55,445 nt of DNA from an uncultured Alphaproteobacteria bacterium (lineage in GTDB: Bacteria > Pseudomonadota > Alphaproteobacteria > JAJFIK01): assembly GCA_964531285.1 (NCBI GenBank), contig CAZHDI010000005.1, positions 1-55,445 of the forward strand, given 5' to 3'. The translations under genes and the position numbers were made by a program. The notes under the pieces are model-generated. The model ran no database searches, had not been told where the DNA came from, and saw nothing but the letters and a program-made list of their open reading frames with translations. Positions 29,101-38,450 of the stretch are shown piece by piece. Numbering within the stretch: position 1 is the first letter of the stretch; every line of letters begins with the position of its first letter.

Positions 29101-29292
29101 GGTCCTGGGCTTTTTCGGCTCGGGCGAGGCGGCCGTCTCGTCGGCGGCGTCCTCGTCCTTTTTCACGACTGCTTGGCTCAAGTAATCCGCGAGGGGGACC
29201 CCCGCCCTTCTCGCTGCCTTCGCTGCCGCGTCGAGAGTTTCGGTGTCGAGACGCGCAAGCGCCTTCAAAATCTCGACCGACATGCGAATCAC
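26119..29292 (-). CDS. podJ: PodJ-like polar organising protein (coiled coil, Pro-rich linker, TM, Sel1 repeats, peptidoglycan-binding domain)
   Basis: ORF 1057 aa, starting at GTG 29292 or ATG 29283. Long coiled-coil N-terminal half. TM 'AVVMAMSAAVAGAVLVGAFLAL'. Sel1 repeats 'AHYRLGLLFQQGRGVPADLTRAVSYYETAA', 'MHNLAVMYASGQGV', 'QFNLAVLYLRGDGV'. C-terminal PG_binding_1 'VQTLLNELGFEAGTPDGMIGPNTRNAIRAFEQANGLPVTG'. Confidence 0.7.
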   Translation of the reverse strand: MIRMSVEILKALARLDTETLDAAAKAARRAGVPLADYLSQAVVKKDEDAADETAASPEPKKPRTRKSRSRSTKAAGRTKDTAAVETETGDEGEAAEASSGVDLTPLTTAIEDLTGRLDRSEERSTRALSGMTDMLAAMAARLPQGDTGAGIERSAAFAELSQRVDTVVARLNQTDHARGADLDALQGLEQSIRRLTAHIERRQGATAETVGALETSMERLTSQFATLQQGSSNSAAAEELAERVFEIAEGLDAVRAKTENVVKRGQLESLEERIEVSVGKTLETALDRVLNEFTLRLEAAEGRSADAIQAVEGQIQGVEGQLAGTQQTLASLEERLSELQIQPDTSSAALAAGGALAAIEDRLGRLEQQNTGQLDDLRREFRDLSNRLTDLERVVTEQTAQTAAIAETQAAMAHAPAPAFAQTAPPGPIDGSIDVRADDMADPYAQQTPGQEAAGGYAMAEETPLSHGAYDNGGAPQDVAYEDPASRPYQDAAYQDAAYQDAAYQDPAHETGSYGEPGGPDGYGTQQAVPSGFHPAPASQAPAAYDTGFDDRHDADETLEQVPPRAQGLGGGSWRFAESDEFQEIGPEQRSARHPGRIGADPFGTERYGNYAQRDGNRLNLPIPANRAVVMAMSAAVAGAVLVGAFLALQPSGPSEPEMGEAAVPPADDDVLLGEVSGGSEIRALPDTYAQTGPDAFADPQADQSRTLSLDRAFEPAPAGQAPAQRSPVPQQPVPQQPGPSVFDTPSPASGGLSDLFESGQPGGVSSGSGQSFDIPSVSDVLSAPPTRPTAPAGTYGPMPAAASDARSLYADALDLLRNRSGEANDRRAAELLNQAANQGLAVAHYRLGLLFQQGRGVPADLTRAVSYYETAARAGNRRAMHNLAVMYASGQGVDADMTQAAHWFQRAAELGVTDSQFNLAVLYLRGDGVEISKPNALRWFAISAAQGDDGAFEYRDELAGDLGPQSERILSAASRWSPAPMDPEANGLFYTQPSRQDILRVQTLLNELGFEAGTPDGMIGPNTRNAIRAFEQANGLPVTGDVSPQLMSWLAQASAG
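27781..27830. repeat. 15-bp in-frame tandem repeat inside podJ-like gene (encodes AYQDA x3-4)
   Basis: GTAGGCCGCATCCTG / ATAGGCCGCATCTTG / ATAGGCCGCATCTTG, encoding 'PYQDAAYQDAAYQDAAYQDP'. A second 15-bp duplication GCTGTTGCGGAACGG x2 at 27081-27110 encodes PVPQQPVPQQ. Confidence 0.85.
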
Positions 29293-29636
29293 TGCCTTCG
29301 ATTCACGATGCGGCGGAGCCTACCCATTCGTTTATGTTGTGTAAACATAAACGCGGCATACCACATCTTGATAAAGACCCTTCCCGCAGCGCGACCCGTC
29401 CCTAGAACCGGCCAAGCCAAGAGCCACCCCATCCCTAGTTTTGCGTCATTCTGCGCGGCAAGGGGGATCAAAAATGTGGTGACGGCCCAGACTCGAAGAG
29501 CCGACGCCCGCACTGTCCACCGATTCCGTCCCTGATCGAAACAGATCCCGCCCGTGCCCGGACCGGGCATACCGCGCGACGTGGGCCCGGCCGGGCCGAA
29601 TCGGGAGCCGGCGTGACATGTGACCCTGGGGCACTG

Positions 29637-29660
29637 GTTGACGCTAACGTAAGCGTCAAC
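29637..29660 (+). promoter_or_regulatory. 24-bp near-perfect palindrome overlapping a sigma-70-like promoter; candidate MerR (LiuR-like) operator
   Basis: GTTGACGCTAACGTAAGCGTCAAC matches its reverse complement at 22 of 24 positions. TTGACG (29638-29643) can act as a -35 and TACCGT (29661-29666) as a -10 with a 17-bp spacer. It lies 55 bp upstream of the MerR start codon. Confidence 0.5.
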
Positions 29661-29714
29661 TACCGTTTTGACCAAGACCAAGGGATCAACCACTTGGGGT
29701 ATGGAGGGACATCA

Positions 29715-30221
29715 ATGCCGGATCTTTCGCATCAGGCGCCGCCCCGTGCCGGGCAGGCGTCCAGCTTGAGCAGCGTCGCGGCAGCCGACGACCGCACCTA
29801 TTCCATCTCTGAATTGTCCGAGATTTTCAGCGTCACGCCGCGGGCCATCCGGTTCTATGAGTCCAAGGGCCTTTTGAGCCCGGCGCGCAACGGCATGACG
29901 CGGATCTATTCCAAGCGCGACCGGGTCCGCCTTGAACTCATTTTGAGGGGCAAGCGGGTCGGCCTGTCGCTGTCGGAAATTAAAGAGATCCTGGACCTTT
30001 ACGACCTTGAGGACGGCCACCGGGCCCAACTCAAACATGCCCAGGCCAAGTTCCGCGAGCGCATCGACATTCTCCAGGCCCAGCGCGCCGATATCGATTT
30101 GGCCATCACCGAACTGGAGCGCGGCATCGCGACGGTGGAGCAGATCCTTCAAACCAAGTATGAGGATCAGGGCCGGGACGAAGAGCCCGCCGGTGCGCTC
30201 GCCCAGAGTGCCGGACGCTGA
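29715..30221 (+). CDS. MerR family transcriptional regulator (LiuR-like)
   Basis: In-frame ATG at 29715. HTH 'YSISELSEIFSVTPRAIRFYESKGLLSPAR...YSKRDRVRLELILRGKRVGLSLSEIKEIL' followed by a coiled coil. Heads an acyl-CoA catabolic cluster. Confidence 0.8.
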   Translation: MPDLSHQAPPRAGQASSLSSVAAADDRTYSISELSEIFSVTPRAIRFYESKGLLSPARNGMTRIYSKRDRVRLELILRGKRVGLSLSEIKEILDLYDLEDGHRAQLKHAQAKFRERIDILQAQRADIDLAITELERGIATVEQILQTKYEDQGRDEEPAGALAQSAGR

Positions 30222-30315
30222 TCCGGCGCCGGCGGCCGCCCCCCGAGAGATCCAGTCACATGCGGCCCGGGCGGCAAGGATCCGGTTGGGCGCGCCAACC
30301 GATTGAGGAGCCGAC

Positions 30316-32112
30316 ATGGCCGTCTATCAAGCCCCCGTCGATGAAGTGCGCTTCCTGCTCAAGGATCTTTTGAAGATCGAGCGCTATGCCAATCTGCCGG
30401 GCTTCGCCGATGCGACCCCGGATGTGGTGGACGCGATCCTGAGCGAGGGCGCGCGCATCGCCGAGGAAGTGCTGCTGCCGATCAACGAAAGCGGCGACCG
30501 GGAAGGAGCTCAATATGACGCCCAGGCCCGCGCGGTGACGACGCCGACGGGCTTCAAGGAGGCTTACGAAACCTACGCCGAAGGCGGCTGGGTCGGTCTG
30601 TCGTCGGTGACGGAATATGGCGGCCAGGGCCTCCCGGCCGTACTGAGCCTTGCGATCAACGAATTCGTCTCCTCGTCCAACATGGCCTTCGGCATGTATC
30701 CGGGCCTCAGCCATGGCTGTTACTCCGCGCTCGTCGCCCATGGTTCCGATGAGCAAAAAGAGACCTATCTGCCCAAGATCATTTCGGGCGAATGGTCGGG
30801 GACGATGAATCTGACCGAGCCCCAATGCGGCACCGATCTGGGCCTGATCCGCACCAAGGCCGAGCCGCAAAGCGACGGCACCTACAAGATCAGCGGGACC
30901 AAGATCTGGATTTCCGGCGGCGAGCAGGATCTGACGGACAACATCATCCATTTGGTGCTGGCGAAGATTCCGGGCGGGCCCGACGGCATCAAGGGCATCT
31001 CGTTGTTCCTGGTGCCGAAATTCATGGTCAACGAAGACGGCTCTCTGGGCGAGCGCAACGCCGTCTATTGCGGCGGCCTGGAAAGCAAGATGGGCATCCA
31101 CGCCAATGCGACCTGCGTCATGAACTATGAGGGCGCCACCGGCTATCTGGTCGGCGAGGAGCACAAGGGCATGCGCGCCATGTTCACCATGATGAACGAG
31201 GCGCGGCTCGGCGTCGGGCTTCAGGGCCTCGCCATGGCCGAGATCGCCTATCAGAACGCGCTTGCCTTCGCCAAGGACCGCCGGCAGGGCCGCGCCTTGA
31301 CCGGACCGGCCGAGCCGGATGCCCCGGCGGACAGCATCATCGTTCATCCCGATGTGCGCCGTATGCTGATGGATGTGCGCGCATTCCTCGAAGGTGGCCG
31401 GGCGCTCCTGTTGTGGACCGCGCTGTGGGGCGATCTGGAGCACAAGGCCCAAGACGCGGCCGTGCGTGAAAAGGCCGGCGATTACATGGCCCTGTTCACG
31501 CCGATCCTGAAGTCCTATTTCACCGAGAAAGGCTTCATGAACGCGGTCTGGGCCCAGCAGGTGCTCGGCGGGTCGGGCTTTGTCAAGGATTACCCGCTCG
31601 AACAGTTCGTCCGGGATGCCCGTATCACCATGATCTATGAGGGGACCAACGGCATTCAGGCGCTGGACCTCGTCGGGCGCAAGCTGATGGCCAATAACGG
31701 CCGCGCGGTGACGACCTTCTTTGACGACATGGACGCGCTCATCAAGGAGTGCGAGGGCAATGCCGATCTGAAGCCGTTTGTCGAGGCGCTGCGCACCACC
31801 TCGGGCCAGTTGCGCGAGGCGGTGGATTGGATGGGCCAGAACGCGCTCGCCGATTTCAACAATGCCGGCGCCAGCTCGGCGGATTTCCTGAACCTGTTCG
31901 CGATCACCGCGCTCGCCTATGTCTGGCTGGAAATGGCGCGTACGTCCCATCAGCGCATCGCGGAAGGGGCGCCGAACAAGGATTTCCATGACGCCAAGAT
32001 CAAGACCGGCCACTACTTCGCCAACCGGACCGTGCCGGAAGCCGCTATGTATCTGGCCAAGGTCAAGGCCGGCGCGGCCGATGTCATGGCGCTGACGGCC
32101 GACCAGTTCTAA
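30316..32112 (+). CDS. acyl-CoA dehydrogenase, long form (~600 aa, extra C-terminal domain)
   Basis: ORF 598 aa. 'GTMNLTEPQCGTDLG', 'KIWISGGEQD', 'YEGTNGIQALDLVGRK'. Confidence 0.85.
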   Translation: MAVYQAPVDEVRFLLKDLLKIERYANLPGFADATPDVVDAILSEGARIAEEVLLPINESGDREGAQYDAQARAVTTPTGFKEAYETYAEGGWVGLSSVTEYGGQGLPAVLSLAINEFVSSSNMAFGMYPGLSHGCYSALVAHGSDEQKETYLPKIISGEWSGTMNLTEPQCGTDLGLIRTKAEPQSDGTYKISGTKIWISGGEQDLTDNIIHLVLAKIPGGPDGIKGISLFLVPKFMVNEDGSLGERNAVYCGGLESKMGIHANATCVMNYEGATGYLVGEEHKGMRAMFTMMNEARLGVGLQGLAMAEIAYQNALAFAKDRRQGRALTGPAEPDAPADSIIVHPDVRRMLMDVRAFLEGGRALLLWTALWGDLEHKAQDAAVREKAGDYMALFTPILKSYFTEKGFMNAVWAQQVLGGSGFVKDYPLEQFVRDARITMIYEGTNGIQALDLVGRKLMANNGRAVTTFFDDMDALIKECEGNADLKPFVEALRTTSGQLREAVDWMGQNALADFNNAGASSADFLNLFAITALAYVWLEMARTSHQRIAEGAPNKDFHDAKIKTGHYFANRTVPEAAMYLAKVKAGAADVMALTADQF

Positions 32113-32198
32113 TCGGCACAGGGACCGTCCGGGCGGTCTCACAGGCTGCCCGGGCGCCGCCGTCGGCGGTTCACGATCATTGAAGGGGAGGCCCGTCC

Positions 32199-33362
32199 AT
32201 GTCCGTTCTTCCAACCGAACGCCCGGCGTGGCGTACGGACGATATCGAGATCTTCGCGGATGCCGCACGGCGTTTCTTCGAGCGTGAATGCGCGCCCTTC
32301 AACGAGAAATGGATCGACCAGGGCTATGTCGACCGCGACATGTGGCTCAAGGCCGGCGAGGCCGGTATTCTGTGTGCGTCCATGCCGGTTGACTATGGCG
32401 GAGCCGGCGGCACCTTCGCCCATGAAGCGATGATCGTGGAGGCCATGGCCAAGGCGGGCGTCGATGGCTTCGGCGTGCCGCTGCATAATGTGATCGTGGC
32501 GCCCTATTTCATGGCCTATGGCACCGAGGAGCAGCGCCGCCGCTGGTTACCGAAATGCGCCACCGGTGAGTTCGTCACCGCCATCGCCATGACCGAGCCC
32601 GGCACCGGGTCGGACCTTCAGGCCGTGCGCACGACCGCCCGCCGGGACGGCGACTCCTATGTCATCAACGGGCAGAAGACGTTCATCACCAATGGCCAGA
32701 CCGCCAATCTGGTTGTCGTTGTGTGCAAGACCGACACCGGGCCCGAGGCGGGGGCGCGGGGCGTATCGCTGCTCGTGGTCGAGACCGACACTGCGCCCGG
32801 GTTCCGGCGCGGGCGCAATCTCAAAAAGATGGGCCAAAACTCTCAGGACACATCGGAACTGTTCTTCGACGATGTGCGCGTGCCGGCGGACAATTTGCTT
32901 GGCGGCCAGGAAGGTATGGGCTTTGCCCAACTCATGGAAAAGCTGCCCGAGGAGCGCCACCTGATCGGCCTTCAGGGTTTGGGCCGCATCGAAGCCGCGC
33001 TTGAGGTCACCATCGATTACGTCAAGGAGCGCAAGGCCTTCGGCAAGCGCCTGCTCGATTTCCAGAACACCCAGTTCAAGCTCGCCGAACTGAAAACCGA
33101 GGCGACCATCGGCAAGGTCTTCATGGATTACTGCACCGGGCTTGTTTTGGAGAGCAAGCTCGACGCGGCCACGGCGTCCATGTCGAAATACTGGATGAGC
33201 GATCTGGAATGTAAAATTACGGACGAATGTCTCCAGTTCTTCGGCGGGTACGGTTATATGGATGAATATCCCATATCGCGCATGTTCCGCGACGCCCGTG
33301 TTCAGAAGATCTATGGCGGCACGAACGAAATCATGAAAATGCTCATTGCACGGACCCTTTGA
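32199..33362 (+). CDS. acyl-CoA dehydrogenase family protein
   Basis: ORF 387 aa. 'AIAMTEPGTGSDL', 'GQKTFITNG', 'QFFGGYGYMDEYPISRMFRDARVQKIYGGTNEIMK'. Confidence 0.9.
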   Translation: MSVLPTERPAWRTDDIEIFADAARRFFERECAPFNEKWIDQGYVDRDMWLKAGEAGILCASMPVDYGGAGGTFAHEAMIVEAMAKAGVDGFGVPLHNVIVAPYFMAYGTEEQRRRWLPKCATGEFVTAIAMTEPGTGSDLQAVRTTARRDGDSYVINGQKTFITNGQTANLVVVVCKTDTGPEAGARGVSLLVVETDTAPGFRRGRNLKKMGQNSQDTSELFFDDVRVPADNLLGGQEGMGFAQLMEKLPEERHLIGLQGLGRIEAALEVTIDYVKERKAFGKRLLDFQNTQFKLAELKTEATIGKVFMDYCTGLVLESKLDAATASMSKYWMSDLECKITDECLQFFGGYGYMDEYPISRMFRDARVQKIYGGTNEIMKMLIARTL

Positions 33363-33377
33363 TCGGGTGGTCTTCGG

Positions 33378-34016
33378 ATGTTCATTCCAAAGCATTTTGC
33401 CATGGCTGCGCGGGCGGACCAGGCCGCTCTGATCCGCGCCCATGCGTTCGGCTTGCTGATCACACATGGTCCGGCGGGGAGCCGCGCGAGCCACATTCCG
33501 TTCCATTACGATAACCGGGCCGGACCCCATGGCGTGCTGATCGGCCATATCGCCAAAGCCAATCCGCAAAGCGCGGATCTGGCCGCCGGCGGCGAGGTGC
33601 TCGCCGTGTTCTCCGGCCCCCATGCCTATGTCTCGCCGCTCTGGTACGAGGCCCCCGAGCGCAATGTGCCGACCTGGAACTACACGGCCGTTCATGCCTA
33701 TGGCACGGCGGCGGTCATCGATGATCCCCATGCGGTCCATGCCACCCTCGACGGGTTGGCGCGCCAATACGAGGCGTCTGACGGCTGGCGGATGGATCGC
33801 GCGGATGCGGACTATATTGGCCGGCTGGCCCGGGCGGTGACGGCCTTCAAGATCACGGTGACGCGCCTGGAAGGGGCGGCCAAGCTGAGCCAGAACAAGA
33901 CGCCGGCCGACCGGGCGGGCGTCATCGACGGACTGCAACGCAACGGCGAGACGGCGCTGGCGGATCAGATGATCGCCCGGCGCCCCTTGAACGAAAGGGA
34001 GACGGCTGATGGCTGA
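33378..34016 (+). CDS. paiB: FMN-binding negative transcriptional regulator (PaiB family)
   Basis: ORF 212 aa. 'MFIPKHFA', 'HIPF', 'GHIAKANPQ', '[12 protein letters not shown]', '[13 protein letters not shown]', 'AAKLSQNK'. Confidence 0.75.
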   Translation: MFIPKHFAMAARADQAALIRAHAFGLLITHGPAGSRASHIPFHYDNRAGPHGVLIGHIAKANPQSADLAAGGEVLAVFSGPHAYVSPLWYEAPERNVPTWNYTAVHAYGTAAVIDDPHAVHATLDGLARQYEASDGWRMDRADADYIGRLARAVTAFKITVTRLEGAAKLSQNKTPADRAGVIDGLQRNGETALADQMIARRPLNERETADG

Positions 34017-35214
34017 CGCCTATATCTATGACCATGTGCGCACGCCGCGCGGGAAGGGCAAGAAGGACGGCGCCCTCCATGAAATCACCGCATTGTCGCT
34101 GGCAACCCAGGTTCTGGAGGCCTTGCGCGACCGCAATAGTCTCGATACGGCCCATGTGGACGATGTGGTCCTGGGCTGTGTGGCCCCGATCCATGAGCAG
34201 GGGGCGGACATTGCGCGCACCGCGGTTCTCAATGCCCGGTATGACGACAGCGTTTCGGGCGTTCAGATCAACCGGTTTTGCGCCTCGGGCCTGGAAGCGG
34301 TCAATATGGCGGCGGCTCAGGTCATGTCGGGCCAGCACGATCTGACCATCGGCGGCGGTGTCGAAAGCATGAGCCGGGTGCCCATGGGCTCCGACGGCGG
34401 CGCCTGGGCGGTTGATCCGGGCATCGCCTTTGCCAGCTATTTCACGCCGCAGGGCATCGGTGCCGACACCATTGCCACGAAATGGGGCTTCAGCCGCGAG
34501 GAGGTCGATGCCTTCGCGATGGAATCCCAGAAACGCGCGTCGGCCGCCTGGGACAAGGGCTATTTCAGCAAGTCGGTTGTTCCCGTCAAGGATCAGATCG
34601 GCCTGACCATTCTGGCCAAGGACGAACACATCCGTCCCGAGACGACCATGCAATCGCTCGCCTCGCTACAGCCGTCCTTCGCCGGCGTCGGCGAGTTCGC
34701 TTTCGATGCGGTCATTCTCGACCGCTATCCGGAACTCGAGGCGATCAACCATGTGCACCATGCCGGCAATTCCTCCGGCATCGTGGATGGCTCGGCCGGG
34801 GTGCTGATCGGCACGAAAGAGATCGGCGAGCAACTCGGGCTTAAACCGCGTGCCCGGATCCGCGCCTTTGCCTCCATCGGTTCTGAGCCCTCGATCATGC
34901 TTACCGGGCCGTCGCTCGTGACCGAAAAGGTGCTCAAGCGCGCCGGAATGTCCGTCGGCGACATCGATCTTTACGAGTTGAACGAGGCGTTCGCCGCCGT
35001 CGTGCTGCTCATGATGCACAAGCTGGACATTCCCCATGACAAGATGAACGTCAATGGCGGCGCCATCGCCATGGGCCATCCGCTGGGCGCGACCGGCGCC
35101 ATGATCCTCGGCACGGTGCTCGACGAGTTGGAGCGCCGCGGGCTCGGCACCGCGCTTGCCACCTTGTGCGTGGGTGCCGGCATGGGGACAGCGACGATCA
35201 TCGAGCGGGTCTGA
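34009..35214 (+). CDS. fadA: acetyl-CoA C-acyltransferase (thiolase)
   Basis: ORF 401 aa. Active-site Cys '[11 protein letters not shown]', '[17 protein letters not shown]', '[10 protein letters not shown]'. Eight-nt overlap with paiB. Confidence 0.9.
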   Translation: MADAYIYDHVRTPRGKGKKDGALHEITALSLATQVLEALRDRNSLDTAHVDDVVLGCVAPIHEQGADIARTAVLNARYDDSVSGVQINRFCASGLEAVNMAAAQVMSGQHDLTIGGGVESMSRVPMGSDGGAWAVDPGIAFASYFTPQGIGADTIATKWGFSREEVDAFAMESQKRASAAWDKGYFSKSVVPVKDQIGLTILAKDEHIRPETTMQSLASLQPSFAGVGEFAFDAVILDRYPELEAINHVHHAGNSSGIVDGSAGVLIGTKEIGEQLGLKPRARIRAFASIGSEPSIMLTGPSLVTEKVLKRAGMSVGDIDLYELNEAFAAVVLLMMHKLDIPHDKMNVNGGAIAMGHPLGATGAMILGTVLDELERRGLGTALATLCVGAGMGTATIIERV

Positions 35215-35278
35215 CGCGGCCCCTTTCAGTCGAAGTCATCTGCGTGGAGCGATGCTCCGTAGAGAAACGAGGTTCGCG

Positions 35279-37459
35279 ATGCAACTGGATAATATGCGCT
35301 ACGAGAAGGACGCCGACGGGATCGTCACCATCACCTGGGACATGCCCGGCCGGTCGATGAATGTTCTGAGTGCGGATTCAATCGCCGATTTCAAGCGGGC
35401 GATTGTCGAATTCACCGGCGATGACGGGGTCACGGGCGTTGTGATCACCAGCGGGAAGCCGGCCTTTCTGGCGGGCGCCGATCTGGGCGAACTTGGTGGT
35501 TCGGCTGGTGGCGCCGCCGCGCGGGGCAGCGAGGAGGAGGCCCTGCGCCAGGACTTTGAGAACGCCTTCGCGCTCAACCGCATGCTGCGCGATCTGGAGA
35601 CGTGCGGCAAGCCCGTCGCGGCGGCGGTGAATGGCACGGCGCTCGGCGGCGGTCTCGAGATCGTTCTGGCGTGCCATTATCGTGTGGTGGCGGACGATCC
35701 GAGGATCCAACTCGGATTGCCGGAATCCAAAGTGGGGCTGTTGCCTGGTGCCGGCGGCACCCAGCGTCTGCCCCGTCTGATCGGCGCCGCCAATGCTCTG
35801 CCGCTCATCCTCCAGGGCACCAGCCTCAATCCGCAAAAGGCGCATCAGCAGGGTATCGTCCAGAAGGTCGTGCCTTTGGGCGATCTGATCGGCGAAGCCA
35901 AGCGGTGGATCAAGGAAGAGGGCGACGCAATCCAGCCCTGGGACAAGAAGGAGTTCTCGGTTCCCGGCGGTCATCCGTATGAGAACAGTCAGACCTTTAT
36001 CATCGGCACGGCCATGCTGCGCAAGACGACCCATGGCAATTATCCGGCGCAGCTCAACATTATGAAAGCGGTGTATGAGGGGCTTCTGGTGCCGATCGAG
36101 GCGGGCCTGCGCATCGAGACCCGCTATTTCATGGATCTGATGCGCCGCCCCCAGACGAAGGCGATGATCCGTTCCCTGTTTCTGTCGACCCAGGAACTGG
36201 GCAAGCTGGCGCGGCGTCCCAAGGGTGTCGAGCCCTATCCGATCAAGAAGATCGGCATGCTGGGCGCGGGCATGATGGGCGCGGGTATCGCCTATGTGTC
36301 GGCGCGGGCCGGCATGGAGGTCGTTCTCATCGACCGCGACCAGACCGCCGCTGACAAGGGCAAGGCGTATGCCGTCACGCTGCTCGATAAGGCCGTCCAG
36401 CGCGGGCGCATGAGCGAGGCCGACAAGGACGCGGTCCTGGCCCGGATCACGACGACCACGGACTATGACCGGCTTAAGGGGGCCGACCTCATCATTGAGG
36501 CCGTGTTCGAGGACCGGGGCATCAAGGCCGAAGTGACCAAGGCCGCGGAAGCGCAACTCGCCGAGACCGCGGTGTTCGGATCGAACACCTCGACCCTGCC
36601 GATCACCGGTCTCGCCGAAGCCAGCATCCGCCCGGCCAATTTCATCGGCATTCACTTCTTCTCGCCCGTGGATAAGATGCCGCTGGTCGAGATCATCATG
36701 GGCGCCGAGACGAGCCAGGAAACCCTGGCCAAGGCCATGGACTATGTCAAAGCAATCAAGAAAACGCCGATTGTCGTTAATGACAGCCGGGGCTTTTACA
36801 CGTCGCGCGTGTTCGGCACATATGTCCGTGAGGGGATCAATATGCTGGCCGAGGGCATCGAGCCGGCGCTGATCGAGAATGCCGGGCGGATGACCGGCAT
36901 GCCCGTCTCGCCGCTCGCGCTCAATGACGAGGTGAGCATCGAGCTTGGCTATAAGGTCATGAAGCAGACCAAGGCCGATCTGGGCGATCAGTACCGGGAG
37001 TCCGCGCCGGACCGGGTGATCACCGCCATGATCGAACAGCATGGCCGGCCGGGCCGTAAGGGCGGTAAGGGCTTTTACGAGTATCCCGCCGACGGGCCGA
37101 AACGGCTCTGGCCCGGGCTCAAGGACATGGCCGTACCGGCCGATCCGCAGCCCGATGCGGATGAATTGAAGCTGCGCTTCATGGTGATCCAGGCGCTGGA
37201 AACCGCCCGGTGTTTTGAAGAAAACGTCCTGACGGATGTCCGCGACGCGGATGTCGGTGCGATCATGGGGTGGGGCTTCGCGCCCTACACGGGCGGGCCG
37301 CTGTCGCTCATCGATACAATGGGGACGGAAGAATTCGTTCAGATTTGTGATCGGCTGGCGCAGGCCTATGGCGAGCGGTTCAAGCCGACGCCCCTCCTGC
37401 GCGAGATGGCAGCGAAAGGCGAGACGTTCTATGGCCGCTTCGATCCGTCGAAGGCATGA
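35279..37459 (+). CDS. fadB: bifunctional enoyl-CoA hydratase / 3-hydroxyacyl-CoA dehydrogenase (FadB/FadJ-like)
   Basis: In-frame ATG at 35279 ([16 protein letters not shown]). Crotonase '[10 protein letters not shown]'. Rossmann '[14 protein letters not shown]'. '3HCDH' segment '[15 protein letters not shown]'. Confidence 0.9.
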   Translation: MQLDNMRYEKDADGIVTITWDMPGRSMNVLSADSIADFKRAIVEFTGDDGVTGVVITSGKPAFLAGADLGELGGSAGGAAARGSEEEALRQDFENAFALNRMLRDLETCGKPVAAAVNGTALGGGLEIVLACHYRVVADDPRIQLGLPESKVGLLPGAGGTQRLPRLIGAANALPLILQGTSLNPQKAHQQGIVQKVVPLGDLIGEAKRWIKEEGDAIQPWDKKEFSVPGGHPYENSQTFIIGTAMLRKTTHGNYPAQLNIMKAVYEGLLVPIEAGLRIETRYFMDLMRRPQTKAMIRSLFLSTQELGKLARRPKGVEPYPIKKIGMLGAGMMGAGIAYVSARAGMEVVLIDRDQTAADKGKAYAVTLLDKAVQRGRMSEADKDAVLARITTTTDYDRLKGADLIIEAVFEDRGIKAEVTKAAEAQLAETAVFGSNTSTLPITGLAEASIRPANFIGIHFFSPVDKMPLVEIIMGAETSQETLAKAMDYVKAIKKTPIVVNDSRGFYTSRVFGTYVREGINMLAEGIEPALIENAGRMTGMPVSPLALNDEVSIELGYKVMKQTKADLGDQYRESAPDRVITAMIEQHGRPGRKGGKGFYEYPADGPKRLWPGLKDMAVPADPQPDADELKLRFMVIQALETARCFEENVLTDVRDADVGAIMGWGFAPYTGGPLSLIDTMGTEEFVQICDRLAQAYGERFKPTPLLREMAAKGETFYGRFDPSKA

Positions 37460-37535
37460 GTGGGTCTCGTCGACCGGCCGGTGCGGATAGGGGTTCGGAC
37501 CGGTCGCATGTTCTTCAAGAGGCGATGAGGCCCGT

Positions 37536-38450
37536 ATGACCGACCAAGCCGAACCGGAGCGCCGTGGTTTTCAGCGGACGGACGGCACACAGTCTTATTT
37601 GGCATGGGACGATGCTGGCGACGCGGCGCCTGTGCTGGTGTTTGCCCATGCCAACGGCTTCAACGCGCAGACCTATCGGCGGATTCTGGCGCCTCTCGCG
37701 GACCGCATGACGATCCTGGCGCTCGATATGCGTGGCCATGGGTTCACGGATCTGCCGGCGGATCCGGCGACCCAGACCTCCTGGCATCGGTATGCGGACG
37801 ATCTCTTGACCTTTATCGACGGCGTGGTGCCCGAAGGCCGGCCTTTGATCATGGCCGGGCATTCAATGGGCGGGACGTCCAGTCTCCTGGCGTTGGGACG
37901 CCGTCCGGAGCGGGCCCAGGGCCTTGTACTGATCGATCCGGTGATCCTGCCGCGCTTCGTTTACTGGATGCTCCCGGTCCGGCGTCTTTTAGGATTGGGC
38001 CCGCGCAGGATCCGGCTGGCCGACATGGCCCTGGCCCGCCGCGCGGTCTGGCCCGACACGGCAACCATGGTGCGCGCCTACACCGGGCGGGGGGCCTTCA
38101 AAACCTGGCCCGCCGAGATCATCCGGGATTATGTCGAGGGCGGCACGCGGCCGCATAGGGATGGTGGGATCGAATTGGCGTGCGCGCCCGCATGGGAGGC
38201 CGCGAATTTCGCCAATTATGACCACAATATCTGGCCGCCCATGAGCCGCCTCACATGCCCGGTGACATTGGTGCGCGGAACGGTGGGGTCCACTTGCCCG
38301 CTGCCCATGGCGGTGCAAATGCGGTGGGTGATCAAAGGGTTGGATGACCGGCCGGTGGAGGGCGCCAGCCACTTTGTGCCCATGGAGGCGCCGGACCGGG
38401 TCCGTGAGGCGATCCTCGCGCGTGCCGTTACAGGCTCAAGGCTGGATTGA
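37536..38450 (+). CDS. alpha/beta hydrolase
   Basis: ORF 304 aa. 'VLVFAHANGF', nucleophile elbow 'MAGHSMGG', C-terminal 'ASHFVPME'. Confidence 0.75.
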   Translation: MTDQAEPERRGFQRTDGTQSYLAWDDAGDAAPVLVFAHANGFNAQTYRRILAPLADRMTILALDMRGHGFTDLPADPATQTSWHRYADDLLTFIDGVVPEGRPLIMAGHSMGGTSSLLALGRRPERAQGLVLIDPVILPRFVYWMLPVRRLLGLGPRRIRLADMALARRAVWPDTATMVRAYTGRGAFKTWPAEIIRDYVEGGTRPHRDGGIELACAPAWEAANFANYDHNIWPPMSRLTCPVTLVRGTVGSTCPLPMAVQMRWVIKGLDDRPVEGASHFVPMEAPDRVREAILARAVTGSRLD

